Part shown: positions 30,627 through 39,980 of the stretch, piece after piece
How positions within the stretch are numbered: position 1 is the stretch's first letter
Layout: each line of letters opens with the position of its first letter
Origin: Candidatus Obscuribacteraceae bacterium
Lineage (GTDB): Bacteria > Cyanobacteriota > Vampirovibrionia > Obscuribacterales > Obscuribacteraceae
Direction: 5' to 3'
Assembly: GCA_044229845.1 (NCBI GenBank)
Contig: JBGASG010000008.1
Coordinates: 128,001 to 192,000 of the forward strand
Length of the DNA stretch: 64,000 bases
Program-made: the position numbers and the translations under genes
Notes under the pieces: generated by a model
Seen by the model: only the letters and a program-made list of their open reading frames with translations
Told to the model about the DNA's origin: nothing
The model's database searches: none

Positions 30627-31946
30627 ATGTCCAGCACGCTCGAAAAGCCAAGACCGGCAGCAGGCAGTGAAAAATCCAGTCACCCTCTGCGCGTCTTCCG
30701 CAATCCCAACTTTCGACTTTACTTCAGTGGTCAACTGATCTCGCAAGTGGGCACCTGGATGCAACAGGTGGCGCTGAGCTGGCTGGCGTACAAGCTCACA
30801 GGCTCGCCATTTATGCTGGCTGTGGTCGGCGTCTCCGGACAGCTTCCGTCGCTGGTGGCGATGCCTTTCGCGGGCGTTTTCGTGGATCGACTCAACCGCC
30901 ATAAGATTCTGGTAGCGACCTCCGTGCTCGCCATGGCGGAGGCAGCAATATTGACGGCACTGGTGCTCTCGCACATGATCCAGGTCTGGCACCTGGTGGT
31001 GCTCGGTATCGCCTCCGGTTTGATCACCGCCTTCGACATGCCGACGCGCACAGCGTTTGTGGTTGAGTTAACCGGCGACCGCGACGATCTGCCGACCTCA
31101 CTGGCTATGAACGCCGCGCTCATGAACATTACCAGGTTATTTGGACCGGCCCTGGCTGGTTTCATTGTCGCTGCAGCAGGCGAAGGTATCTGTTTCTTGA
31201 TCAATGCGGTCAGCTACATCGCGGTAATTGCGGCGCTTCTAGCAATCAATGGCGACTTCGCGCCGAAGGCAGACAAGCAGGCGAAGGTTTTGGACGAACT
31301 GAAGAGCGGCTTCAAGTACACATTCGAAACTCCTCCAATCCGGGCTCTGATCGTCTTGCAGGCGGCATTCGGACTGGGTGGCATGGCCTATGCCATGTTG
31401 ATGCCGGTTTTCGTGAAACAGATTGGTGGCAATGCCAACACACTGGGATATCTGATGGCAGCCTCCGCACTCGGTTCACTGGCAGGCAGCGCTGCTCTGG
31501 CTAGCAGAAAATCGGTGCTCGGGCTGGGACGCTGGGTAGTGGTGGCGTCATTCTGCTTCTCTATGGCGCTGATAGCGTTTTCGTTTACGCATGCTTTGAT
31601 ACCGGCGATGATGGCGCTCTCCGTGATCGGAGCCATGATGATGCTACAGATGGGCTCCGCCGGCACCATCATCCAGTCTATTGTCGAAGAGGACAAACGC
31701 GGTCGCGTCATGAGCCTGTTCACAATGGCTTTCCTGGGCACTGCGCCAATCGGGAGCTTGATCGCCGGAGCCCTCGCCGACCGCTTCGGCTTCCAGCACA
31801 CCATTCTTGGATGCGGCATCTACTGCTTGTTGGTGGCGATTGCATTCGTCACCCAACTGCCCAGACTGCGCCGCGAATCGAAACCCATCTACATTCAACG
31901 CGGACTGCTGAATGCCGAAGAAGAAGTCGACCTTTTGACGAGTTGA
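30627..31946 (+). CDS. MFS transporter
   Basis: NFRLYFSGQLISQVGTWMQ, GVFVDRLNRHK (motif A), RGRVMS; about 12 TM segments. Confidence 0.92.
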   Translation: MSSTLEKPRPAAGSEKSSHPLRVFRNPNFRLYFSGQLISQVGTWMQQVALSWLAYKLTGSPFMLAVVGVSGQLPSLVAMPFAGVFVDRLNRHKILVATSVLAMAEAAILTALVLSHMIQVWHLVVLGIASGLITAFDMPTRTAFVVELTGDRDDLPTSLAMNAALMNITRLFGPALAGFIVAAAGEGICFLINAVSYIAVIAALLAINGDFAPKADKQAKVLDELKSGFKYTFETPPIRALIVLQAAFGLGGMAYAMLMPVFVKQIGGNANTLGYLMAASALGSLAGSAALASRKSVLGLGRWVVVASFCFSMALIAFSFTHALIPAMMALSVIGAMMMLQMGSAGTIIQSIVEEDKRGRVMSLFTMAFLGTAPIGSLIAGALADRFGFQHTILGCGIYCLLVAIAFVTQLPRLRRESKPIYIQRGLLNAEEEVDLLTS

Positions 31947-31969
31947 CGCGGCACCGGGGCTCCTGATTT

Positions 31970-32094
31970 TCCCTTAGGGCAAATCAACACTACTGTTGAT
32001 TTTCACAAGCGGTGGAGGCGAAGACCTCAAACGTTTCAAGCCAGTTGCTCCTTTCGAAGTTTTTTAAACAGAAGTGTTGATTTGTCCTAAGGGA
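31970..32094. mobile_element. MITE-like element, 125 bp with 28-bp terminal inverted repeats
   Basis: Left end TCCCTTAGGGCAAATCAACACTACTGTT matches the reverse complement of the right end (TCCCTTAGGACAAATCAACACTTCTGTT) at 26/28. A related end sequence occurs at 48183-48223. Confidence 0.65.
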
Positions 32095-32114
32095 CGAATA
32101 GCCCCTCCCCAGCC

Positions 32115-32139
32115 AGAACAAATCGAAAAAATCTACGTC
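32115..32139 (+). promoter_or_regulatory. Putative ECF-sigma promoter AGAAC-N16-CGTC
   Basis: Located about 65 nt upstream of the DoxX ATG. Confidence 0.5.
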
Positions 32140-32203
32140 ATCCACTCATACGGAAAAGATGGCACGACACACTGAGCCTATGTCGTGAGAAGGATGAAGC
32201 ACT

Positions 32204-32659
32204 ATGACCATGGATCGCGAAAACCTGCGAGACTGGGCGGCACTACTGGGCCGCACCGGTTTGTGCGCCATCTTTCTGGTGAGCGCCTACACGAAGGTCA
32301 CCGATTGGAACGGCATGCAGCATCTGATGGAAGAACGCGGCATGCCATGGGTTTCATTCTTCTTGCTGGCTGCCCTGCTTCTGGAAGGACTGGGTGCTGT
32401 GGCGGTCTTGTTGGGCTACAAAGCACGGCTGGGCGCGCTGGCGTTGGTAGTCTTCCTGGTGCCGACGACTTTTATTTTCCATAACTTCTGGACGATGCCT
32501 GCCGATCAGCAGGCACTACAGACGGTGATGTTTCTAAAGAACCTGGGCATCATCGGCGGATTGCTCATGCTCGCCGCTAACGGCCCCGGACGTTTCAGCC
32601 TGGGCAAACACCTGTGTGGTCGTCCAGCACACAATAATACCCTCGGAGAAAGACAATGA
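32204..32659 (+). CDS. DoxX family membrane protein
   Basis: LLGR...IFLVS..K, GYKARLGA, FHNFW, FLKNLGIIGGLL...GPGRFSL. Confidence 0.9.
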   Translation: MTMDRENLRDWAALLGRTGLCAIFLVSAYTKVTDWNGMQHLMEERGMPWVSFFLLAALLLEGLGAVAVLLGYKARLGALALVVFLVPTTFIFHNFWTMPADQQALQTVMFLKNLGIIGGLLMLAANGPGRFSLGKHLCGRPAHNNTLGERQ

Positions 32660-33180
32660 AGACTCTCATACGCTCTCTGGCATTAGCCGGCATTCTGGTG
32701 TCCAGCACCATGCCCGCTCATGCCGACGAGATTATCAAAACATACAGATATGCAGTCAACGGCGCGCCACTCTCGGTAGGACATGTAGCTGTGGAGGATG
32801 CTCCGCTCACCAAGCAAGTCATCCGCGAAGAATCCGCAGTCATCGAATCGCCGGGGTCTCTGGTCGAAACACAAACTTCCGTCGTGGCGCAAAACGGTAA
32901 ACTTGCTGAAACTCGCACCACGACCTTAACCAGAACCGGTCGCAACATCGAGCCGACCGCCACGATCGAACGCATCTTCAATGATCACAACGAGGTGATG
33001 GTCAAAGAATTCCCTGGCTTGATGCCGGGTGACCAGGAAATGGTGCGTGAGTTCTCGGCAGTAGTAGAAGGCACTCAGTTGGGAAATCGCGAAGCAGCCC
33101 CGCCCGACGCTCGGACAGGAATGGACAAACCGTATTGGCCGCTCTTCGATTACAGCGTATTCGACGATCGCGTGTATTAA
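32656..33180 (+). CDS. Secreted hypothetical protein
   Basis: ATGA overlap with DoxX; signal peptide ending in AHA. Confidence 0.7.
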   Translation: MKTLIRSLALAGILVSSTMPAHADEIIKTYRYAVNGAPLSVGHVAVEDAPLTKQVIREESAVIESPGSLVETQTSVVAQNGKLAETRTTTLTRTGRNIEPTATIERIFNDHNEVMVKEFPGLMPGDQEMVREFSAVVEGTQLGNREAAPPDARTGMDKPYWPLFDYSVFDDRVY

Positions 33181-33992
33181 CCGACGCGCCGTGACTCGAG
33201 AATTTGCTCGAGCACGGCACGCAGCTCAAAAGGCGTGGAGAGCACGAAGCGCGCGGCGGTGTCGTCTGCAGCGCCGACTTTGATACTGATGCCTTCGCGC
33301 TCGTTGACCCAGCGAAACGCGGCCTCGTCACCGGAGGTGTCGCCTCCAAAGATGTAAAATCGACCGGCATCCGCTGCCGACTCCGGACCGGGCTCGGTGT
33401 GCGCCGGTCCCAGGCGCGCGTCGATAGCCTGCAGCGCGTCACCCTTGTGCCAGTTTACTTTGGGCACGAACTCCCAGCTGGTCGGCATGGTGCGGCACTG
33501 CAAATGGCGCAGTTGGGCGACCTCGGCAATGCGTTCCACGACATCGAATACGTAGGGCCTTTGATCGACTGGCACCGTGTGCCAGTGCAAGCACAACGAC
33601 AGCCCATGGTCTTCGAGAATGGCTTTGTAGGGACTGGAAATCAACGGTGCGAGGATATCTCGCAGGCTAGCCAATTCAGGTCCGAGGTCTACGGCATCAG
33701 GATGCGCCAGGCGCTCGCCGCCGGGAAACTCGATTTCCAGACCATAGTTGCCGGCCAGAATCACCTTCGTATCGGGAAAGTCACTGCGCAACCAGGCAAG
33801 CGAACGCGCACTGACCACACACACGGTGGTATGCGGTTGCTCGGCCAGATTGCGCAGCAGTGAATACAGCGCGGCATCTACCTTTGCATCTTCAGGTCGC
33901 TCGGCATAAGGCACCACTGTGCCGTCTCGATCCAACCCGATCAAAAGCGGCCGATCCTGAGGGATGGCTGCAATCTCAGTCTGCAAAGTCAT
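33177..33992 (-). CDS. otsB: Trehalose-6-phosphate phosphatase-like HAD IIB hydrolase
   Basis: LDRDGT (motif I), VVSAR, GNYGLE, LHW, KGDA and GDTSGDEAAF (motif IV), IKVG. Confidence 0.78.
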   Translation of the reverse strand: MTLQTEIAAIPQDRPLLIGLDRDGTVVPYAERPEDAKVDAALYSLLRNLAEQPHTTVCVVSARSLAWLRSDFPDTKVILAGNYGLEIEFPGGERLAHPDAVDLGPELASLRDILAPLISSPYKAILEDHGLSLCLHWHTVPVDQRPYVFDVVERIAEVAQLRHLQCRTMPTSWEFVPKVNWHKGDALQAIDARLGPAHTEPGPESAADAGRFYIFGGDTSGDEAAFRWVNEREGISIKVGAADDTAARFVLSTPFELRAVLEQILESRRVG

Positions 33993-35059
33993 TTCTGTTC
34001 TTGAATCAGGCGCTCGTAGAGTCCGAAATAGGCATCAACCATGCGGCGCTTGCTGAACATCTCCGCACGCTTGCGACATGCCTGAGCGGAAATTCCGCGT
34101 GCTTCCGGGAATCGCGCCACCAGGTCGTCGACGGTAGTACCAACGATGGCAGTTTCTTTGTCGGTGAGCAACTCCGGCACCGAGCCTCTTTTGAAAGCCA
34201 GGACGGGCGCGCCGGCAGCCAGGGCTTCCGCCATGACCAGACCAAACGGCTCCTCGAAGTTGATCGGATAAACGACCGCCACCGCCTCTTTATACAGTCG
34301 AATCTTCTCGCCGTAGCTGACTTCGCCGATGAACTTGATGGTCGTGTTATCGAGTTGTGGTTTCACCTTCTGCTCGAAATAAACTTGATCGGCGCTGTCT
34401 ACTTTGCCGGCAATCACCAGCGGCATATTAACGCGCTGGGCGAATTCGATGGCTTCCGCGGTGCCCTTATCCTGGCAGATGCGTCCGATGAAGAGCAGAT
34501 TCTTGCGATCGCCGTCGTCGCCTTTGGCATGACCACCGTTTTCGCCGGGCGAGGCGGCAAAGTCATTCGTGTCGATGCCGTTGTAAATGGTGGCAACATA
34601 ATTGAGGTCATCCGGATAATTCAACTTTCTGTATGCTTCGCTGATAGCCACATAGTTGAGATCTTTGTACGCCATATAAATTGGCGCACAGTACTTCTTC
34701 ACAGGGTTGTGGTTGGTGGTCACCATGGGAATGCGAAACTTCTCCGCCCAGGGCAGCGCCTGCCATCCCATGTGGTTGTGCACGATATCAAACTGGTCGA
34801 CCATCTCGCGCAGGCGGGTAAGCGCCAGAATGTCGTAGGCTTGCCATCGCCGTTTCGGGATGTCATCCGCGGTGCGCAGAGGTTTATCGACCACTGAGAC
34901 CAGCCGCGCATCGGTACGCGAATCACCGCTCGCGAAGAGGGTCACTTCATGTCCTCTCTTGACCAGTTCTTCGGTCAGCAAGCTGACCACCAGCTCCGTT
35001 CCACCATATCCATCCGGCGGTACTTTTTCCACATTTCCGGCTAGTTGCGCGATGCGCAT
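33989..35059 (-). CDS. Glycosyltransferase family 4
   Basis: VPPDGYGGTE, GHEVTLFASGDS, FIGRI...KG, EPFGLVMAEALAAGAPV. Confidence 0.92.
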   Translation of the reverse strand: MRIAQLAGNVEKVPPDGYGGTELVVSLLTEELVKRGHEVTLFASGDSRTDARLVSVVDKPLRTADDIPKRRWQAYDILALTRLREMVDQFDIVHNHMGWQALPWAEKFRIPMVTTNHNPVKKYCAPIYMAYKDLNYVAISEAYRKLNYPDDLNYVATIYNGIDTNDFAASPGENGGHAKGDDGDRKNLLFIGRICQDKGTAEAIEFAQRVNMPLVIAGKVDSADQVYFEQKVKPQLDNTTIKFIGEVSYGEKIRLYKEAVAVVYPINFEEPFGLVMAEALAAGAPVLAFKRGSVPELLTDKETAIVGTTVDDLVARFPEARGISAQACRKRAEMFSKRRMVDAYFGLYERLIQEQK

Positions 35060-35077
35060 GAAATCAATCTCCTTATC

Positions 35078-37516
35078 TCAACTCTCAATAATCACTTTGA
35101 GTTTGCCGCTCTTATGAAGCACCTTGCAGGCGGTGAATCCGTCTTGAGCGGTAAACAAAAGATCAACGACCGCAGACCCCACCCGCAGCCCGGTCAACGT
35201 AACTCTATTGAGCCAGGGCGGCAGGCTGGGTTCGACGATGCGCAGGGTCTGGCGCAGTGCATCAGGTTGCATGTTGAGGCAGACCTTCAGCATCTGGAAC
35301 ATAGATCCGGCTGCCCATGCTTGCGGCGAGCACGACACCGGATAATCAATCGGCTTGAACGAGTTGTTACGATCGAATCCGCAGAACAATTCAGGCAATC
35401 GGAAATCGGGTTCGAACTGTGCCGCCTCCAGCATGCCGCGCAACACATCGTGCGCGTCCTGAGTTCTGCCGATTCGACGCAATCCTTCGACGATGATGGC
35501 GTTGTCGTGCGGCCATATAGAGCCGTTGTGATAACTCATCGGGTTGTATTTTGGCACCGCCCGCGATAGCGTGCGGATGCCCCAACCGGAATGCATGTCC
35601 GTATCCACCAGGCGATCTGCTACCAGATGCGCCCGGTCATCATCGAGAATGCCGCTGAACAGGCAGTGCCCAGGGTTGCTGCTCACCACCTGGCATTGCT
35701 CGCCATGACCATCGAGCGCCAGCGCGACAAACTTTTCCGACTCCATCCAGAAGTCTCGATTAAATCGTTCCTTCAATTTGCGAGCGTCGCCGCGCAGTTT
35801 GTTGGCGAGCGGATCATATCCAAGCGTCTGAGCGATGCGCGCCACCTCCACCCAGGCGGCATAAAGATATGCCTGCGGCTCGCAGAGCGCAATCGGCTGG
35901 TCCGCCAGACGCCCGTCGGCGTGCATAGTGGAGTCGCCGGAGTCTTTCCATCCCTGGTTGATCAAACCATCGGGGCATTCAGTGCGATAGGTCAAATATC
36001 CGCGCTCGTCGAGAGAATTCGACAGCCAGTCGAGAGCCATACGCACAGCCGGCCAGAGACGACGAATCATCTCCATGTCGCCCGACCAGTCGAAATACTG
36101 GCACAGCACATAGAGCCAGAGCTGCGTCGCATCGATCGTCCCATAGTAAGGAACGTGCGGAATTGCTTTGCGCCGTGCCAGTTCGCCGACGCGCAACTCG
36201 TGCAGAATGCGCCCCGGTTCTTCCTGCGTGGTGGGATCAAATTTCATGCCCTGATACGCTGCCAGCACGTCTATCGATTCTCGCGCCATGTCTGGAAGAA
36301 ACGGCAGTATCTGCCAGGCAGTAATGGCACTGTCTCGCCCGAAGAGAGCGCAATACCAGGGGACACCCGCCGAAATCCCGTAGCCTTTGGGGGTCGGCTG
36401 TCGCAGAATAAAGAGGTCGCGATAAGACCGTTCCAGCGTCAGGTCGAATAGTCGGTGACTGGTATCAAATCGGCTACCGCGGTTGCACCAATCGCGGTAT
36501 CGCGTTTCGGCGCTCTTGCGAGCTTCAGCAAAACCGGTGCGCCTGGAGTCCGGAGCCGACACCTGTCCGTCCCAGCGGGTCGTGAAGCAAATCTGAAATT
36601 CACGCGTCTGGCGCGGCGGCACCACTAATTTTATGATCACCTGTCCGTCGGTCACCGAATCTGGCTGTATGCCAAAAAACTCAACCACCGTTTCGACCAG
36701 GCAATCATCAAGCCCGCGATAAGCAAGGTAGATGCTGCGACCGTTTCTTCCCGCAACAGGCAGCATGCGGCGGCCGCGCTCCTGAATATTGAAACCGCGC
36801 ACTTCGAAAATGTCGGCGAAGTCAGATTGGAAATTGAAGGTCAGCTCGATCTCCAGAGTTTCAGTATGGAAATTTGTGAGGACGAAGCGCTCCCACAGCA
36901 AGTCGGATAGCACCACTTCGCGCAGCACCGTCAGAACCTGCTGCGGCACGGTGTTGATTTGAGGGTTGGTGTATAAGAAGGTCCCCGTATAACCCTCTTG
37001 AACAGCCTTCGAAAGCAGCGAGAGCGGAGCCCCATTTAATAAAAGCTCGTACTGGCTCAGGTGCCGCGTATCGTAGCGATAGTATCCGTAGCCCAGCGTG
37101 TTGCAAGCAGGAATCAAAGCCTCCTGGTCCATCACCAGAAAGTGACTGCCGCTCTTCAACACGAGCCGCGGGTGTGCCGCATCGGTAAGAACGAACGGCA
37201 TGCCCTGGCACAGCGGTCGCGTGTCCGGTGTGTAGTCACAGGACCCATCTATAGATTCGTCTTCGGCAGCTGGCGGAGTTACAGGCGCCTGCGCATGAGC
37301 TGTTGCGGCTCCCTGAATGGCGCCCGCCGGTTGGTCCGGCGGCTGCACCGTCTGGTCGATGGGCTCGCCTTTGGCTTCCGGCGGCTTCTCCTGGGCACGC
37401 TTAGACTTGCCCTTGCCGGCAACTACATGGGGTACATTCATCTCGCCCATGTCCGTATTTCCTTGCTGTGGCTTAGAAGGTGATGGCTGCGAGGGCTGCA
37501 GAGGGTTCGCACTCAT
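35078..37516 (-). CDS. Amylo-alpha-1,6-glucosidase / glycogen-debranching-like (alpha/alpha)6 glycoside hydrolase
   Basis: DTRHLS, DFADIFEVRG, AGVPWY..LFGRDS, EEPGRILHE, NQGWKDS, YHNGSIWPHDN, RLPELFCG, CSPQAWA. Confidence 0.9.
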   Translation of the reverse strand: MSANPLQPSQPSPSKPQQGNTDMGEMNVPHVVAGKGKSKRAQEKPPEAKGEPIDQTVQPPDQPAGAIQGAATAHAQAPVTPPAAEDESIDGSCDYTPDTRPLCQGMPFVLTDAAHPRLVLKSGSHFLVMDQEALIPACNTLGYGYYRYDTRHLSQYELLLNGAPLSLLSKAVQEGYTGTFLYTNPQINTVPQQVLTVLREVVLSDLLWERFVLTNFHTETLEIELTFNFQSDFADIFEVRGFNIQERGRRMLPVAGRNGRSIYLAYRGLDDCLVETVVEFFGIQPDSVTDGQVIIKLVVPPRQTREFQICFTTRWDGQVSAPDSRRTGFAEARKSAETRYRDWCNRGSRFDTSHRLFDLTLERSYRDLFILRQPTPKGYGISAGVPWYCALFGRDSAITAWQILPFLPDMARESIDVLAAYQGMKFDPTTQEEPGRILHELRVGELARRKAIPHVPYYGTIDATQLWLYVLCQYFDWSGDMEMIRRLWPAVRMALDWLSNSLDERGYLTYRTECPDGLINQGWKDSGDSTMHADGRLADQPIALCEPQAYLYAAWVEVARIAQTLGYDPLANKLRGDARKLKERFNRDFWMESEKFVALALDGHGEQCQVVSSNPGHCLFSGILDDDRAHLVADRLVDTDMHSGWGIRTLSRAVPKYNPMSYHNGSIWPHDNAIIVEGLRRIGRTQDAHDVLRGMLEAAQFEPDFRLPELFCGFDRNNSFKPIDYPVSCSPQAWAAGSMFQMLKVCLNMQPDALRQTLRIVEPSLPPWLNRVTLTGLRVGSAVVDLLFTAQDGFTACKVLHKSGKLKVIIES

Positions 37517-37680
37517 TAATTGTACTTCGCGGATTGACTGGGTGGACGCCTACGTATGGATGAACTCAGCCGCTGGTTAGTTCCGGCTAAATCACATGCC
37601 TCGTTACGAGGAAAACGAGAAAAGCCGCTTGCTCAACCATACCTGGCTCTCTTAGGAATCGATCAAATTTACGAAATCGG

Positions 37681-37705
37681 GGAACCATCCCTCCTGGCAG
37701 GCGTC
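37681..37705 (+). promoter_or_regulatory. Putative ECF-sigma promoter GGAAC-N16-CGTC
   Basis: Located about 58 nt upstream of the ATG at 37763. Confidence 0.55.
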
Positions 37706-37762
37706 GACCAACAGAACCGATAGACTTTGCGCATCTGCGCATGGACTCAGGTGGAGGGAGAC

Positions 37763-38281
37763 ATGCAAACAAGAGACGAACTGCTTCGATTTTTGACCGA
37801 AACAGAGATATTCGCGCCTGGTATGTTGCCAGGACAAGCTCACCATATGATCAGGTCGGTGGCGAGCAACCCGGAGACCCCCTGCCACATCTTGCAAAGG
37901 CTGGCGGACATGACCGGACAATGTGACCTGCTAGAAAGAGTTGCTGAAAATCCTAGTACACCAATAGAAGTCCTCGAGTGCCTCGCTCATAACAGCGACC
38001 CGGCTGTGCGTGCTGCTGTAGCCGACAACGGCAATGTCCGCGTACAGACCCTGTGGGAGCTGGCTCATGACGAGAATCCGCAGGTACGATACGAAATGGC
38101 CGAAAACCCGCGCGTCCCTAACGAAATTTTGGAGTTGCTGTCAGAGGACGACAATCCTTATGTATATACGCGCGCCAGAGAGACGTTGCATCGAATCTAC
38201 GACGAGCAGCGCAGCCCGAATGTCTTTGAAAGAGTCATAGATTGGGTGCGCGGCGGGCGCAAAATCCGCCGCACCAGTTGA
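37763..38281 (+). CDS. LRV/HEAT-like repeat protein (paralog 1)
   Basis: GGAGGGAG RBS; repeats VAENPSTP..LE.LA, VRAAVADN, VRYEMAENP, ending in DDNPYVYTRARETL. Confidence 0.85.
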   Translation: MQTRDELLRFLTETEIFAPGMLPGQAHHMIRSVASNPETPCHILQRLADMTGQCDLLERVAENPSTPIEVLECLAHNSDPAVRAAVADNGNVRVQTLWELAHDENPQVRYEMAENPRVPNEILELLSEDDNPYVYTRARETLHRIYDEQRSPNVFERVIDWVRGGRKIRRTS

Positions 38282-38294
38282 GCTCATATGCGGA

Positions 38295-38319
38295 GAAACC
38301 TTGTTGAAGCACGACCGTC
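38295..38319 (+). promoter_or_regulatory. Putative ECF-sigma promoter GAAAC-N16-CGTC
   Basis: Located about 36 nt upstream of the ATG at 38355. Confidence 0.5.
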
Positions 38320-38354
38320 TTCGGGACTGTGGAGCTGACAAAGGGAACTACGAA

Positions 38355-38531
38355 ATGAGCACTAAGGACCTTGGCGGAAATGATCGCGTAATCGACATCA
38401 CGGCAAGACTCGCTGAGAAAGCCGGGAAAGTCGTGGCTCTGGCAGAAGCTCGGGACGCAAAAGAACAGGAAGTTACTTGTGAAGGTGGTGTGTGCCAACT
38501 CACCGCCTGGAAACCACGGAAGTCCGCGTAG
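38355..38531 (+). CDS. 58-aa micro-protein with a C-terminal CEGGVC motif
   Basis: AAGGGA RBS, ATG at 38355, own promoter-like motif and protein-like composition. Confidence 0.7.
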   Translation: MSTKDLGGNDRVIDITARLAEKAGKVVALAEARDAKEQEVTCEGGVCQLTAWKPRKSA

Positions 38532-38583
38532 TTCTGTAGGTTGCATGCGAACCCCGCATAGACGAGAAAGACGAAGGGAAAAA

Positions 38584-39904
38584 GGATCTGTCAGTCGATT
38601 TGTGTCAAAGGTTGAGTCACGGCGCGATCCTTCCTGCGAACTCTATTGAAAATTGATTCATTGCTGCGCCCCAGTCCCGCAGCGGCATGGTCCATTTCTT
38701 CGCGATGTTCTGTGCGGCCAGGTACATGACTTTGAACACGGCTTCGTCCGTCGGGAAAATTCGGTGGTTGCGGCTCGCCTTGCGTAGCGTCATGTTCACT
38801 GACTCTACGGCGTTGGTAGTGTAGATGACCTTGCGGATGTCGTGCGGAAAAGCAAACATCGGAATTATCTTTGCCCAGTGTTCGCGCCAGGACTTGCTGA
38901 CGGTCGGATACTTGTGGTCCCATTTTGCCGCGACTGCATCGAGGTTCGTGGCAGCCTCCGTTTCCGTGGCTGCGCGGTAGATCGATTTGAGGTCTGCAGC
39001 CATTGCCTTGCGATCCTTCCAAGACACGTACTTCAGCGAATTGCGCACCATGTGGACGATGCACAACTGCACCCAGGTTTTCGGGAACGCCGTTTGAATT
39101 GCGTCATCCAAGCCGGTGAGCCCGTCTACGCAGGCGATTAGGATGTCTTGGACGCCGCGGTTCTTCAGTTCCGTCAGAATGCCGAGCCAGAACTTGGCTC
39201 CCTCATTCTGCGAGATCCAGATCCCGAGTAGCTCTTTCTGTCCGTTGGTGTCCACAGCTAGTGCCAGATAAACGGCCTTATTGATCACACGCTGGTTCTC
39301 GCGAACCTTGACCACGAGCGCGTCGAAAAACACGATCGGGTAGAGATTATCCAGAGGACGGCTTTGCCATGCTCTCACCTCTTCGAGAACGCCGTCGGTG
39401 ACGTTCGAAATGAGGGTCGGCGAAACATCGGCGCCGTATATTTCCTTGAGTTGCGCCTGAATATCTCGGACTGTCATTCCGCGTGCATACATCGCTAGGA
39501 TCTTGTCGTCGAATCCCTCCAGCCGTGTCTGCCGCTTTGACACCACCTGCGGTTCGAAGTCGGCATTACGATCGCGCGGAACACCAAGAGTAATGTCGCC
39601 CTGCTCGGTGGTCAGCGTCTTCTTGCTGTACCCGTTGCGGCGATTCTCGCCGCCTTTGCCGGCGCGCTCGCCTTTCTCGTAGCCGAGGTGATCCTCCATC
39701 TCACCTTCCAGGCACCGTTCAACGATAGCCTTGGTGAGTTGTTTGAGAAGACCGCCCTCCGCTAGCAGCTCCTTTGGATGCTTGCCCTGTGCCAGATGCT
39801 CCTTAATGAGTTCGTCCAGCATGTCGGTACTTTTAGTCATGGTCAGGCTCCTTTCTAGTGAGCGCCTGGGCTCTGACCTTTGACACAGATTATTTTACAG
39901 TCTC
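38584..39904 (-). mobile_element. Complete IS256-family insertion sequence (1321 bp)
   Basis: Imperfect TIRs (GGATCTGTCAGTCGATTTGTGTCAAAGGT / GAGACTGTAAAATAATCTGTGTCAAAGGT) and an 8-bp target duplication GGGAAAAA at 38576-38583 and 39905-39912. Confidence 0.95.
38617..39840 (-). CDS. IS256 family (Mutator-like) DDE transposase
   Basis: RNGYSKK, VPRDR, FFDAL, CVDGL, QLCIVH..RNS, YTTNAVES. Confidence 0.97.
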   Translation of the reverse strand: MTKSTDMLDELIKEHLAQGKHPKELLAEGGLLKQLTKAIVERCLEGEMEDHLGYEKGERAGKGGENRRNGYSKKTLTTEQGDITLGVPRDRNADFEPQVVSKRQTRLEGFDDKILAMYARGMTVRDIQAQLKEIYGADVSPTLISNVTDGVLEEVRAWQSRPLDNLYPIVFFDALVVKVRENQRVINKAVYLALAVDTNGQKELLGIWISQNEGAKFWLGILTELKNRGVQDILIACVDGLTGLDDAIQTAFPKTWVQLCIVHMVRNSLKYVSWKDRKAMAADLKSIYRAATETEAATNLDAVAAKWDHKYPTVSKSWREHWAKIIPMFAFPHDIRKVIYTTNAVESVNMTLRKASRNHRIFPTDEAVFKVMYLAAQNIAKKWTMPLRDWGAAMNQFSIEFAGRIAP

Positions 39905-39911
39905 GGGAAAA

Positions 39912-39941
39912 ACAAAGGGCGGTGTCAGCACCGCCCTTTGT
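39912..39941. terminator. Hairpin, probably a bidirectional terminator
   Basis: Perfect 13-bp stem ACAAAGGGCGGTG-TCAG-CACCGCCCTTTGT with an A-run on the left side. Confidence 0.75.
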
Positions 39942-39980
39942 CATTACTACTTTCACCCTCAAGACGCATCCACGACAGAT

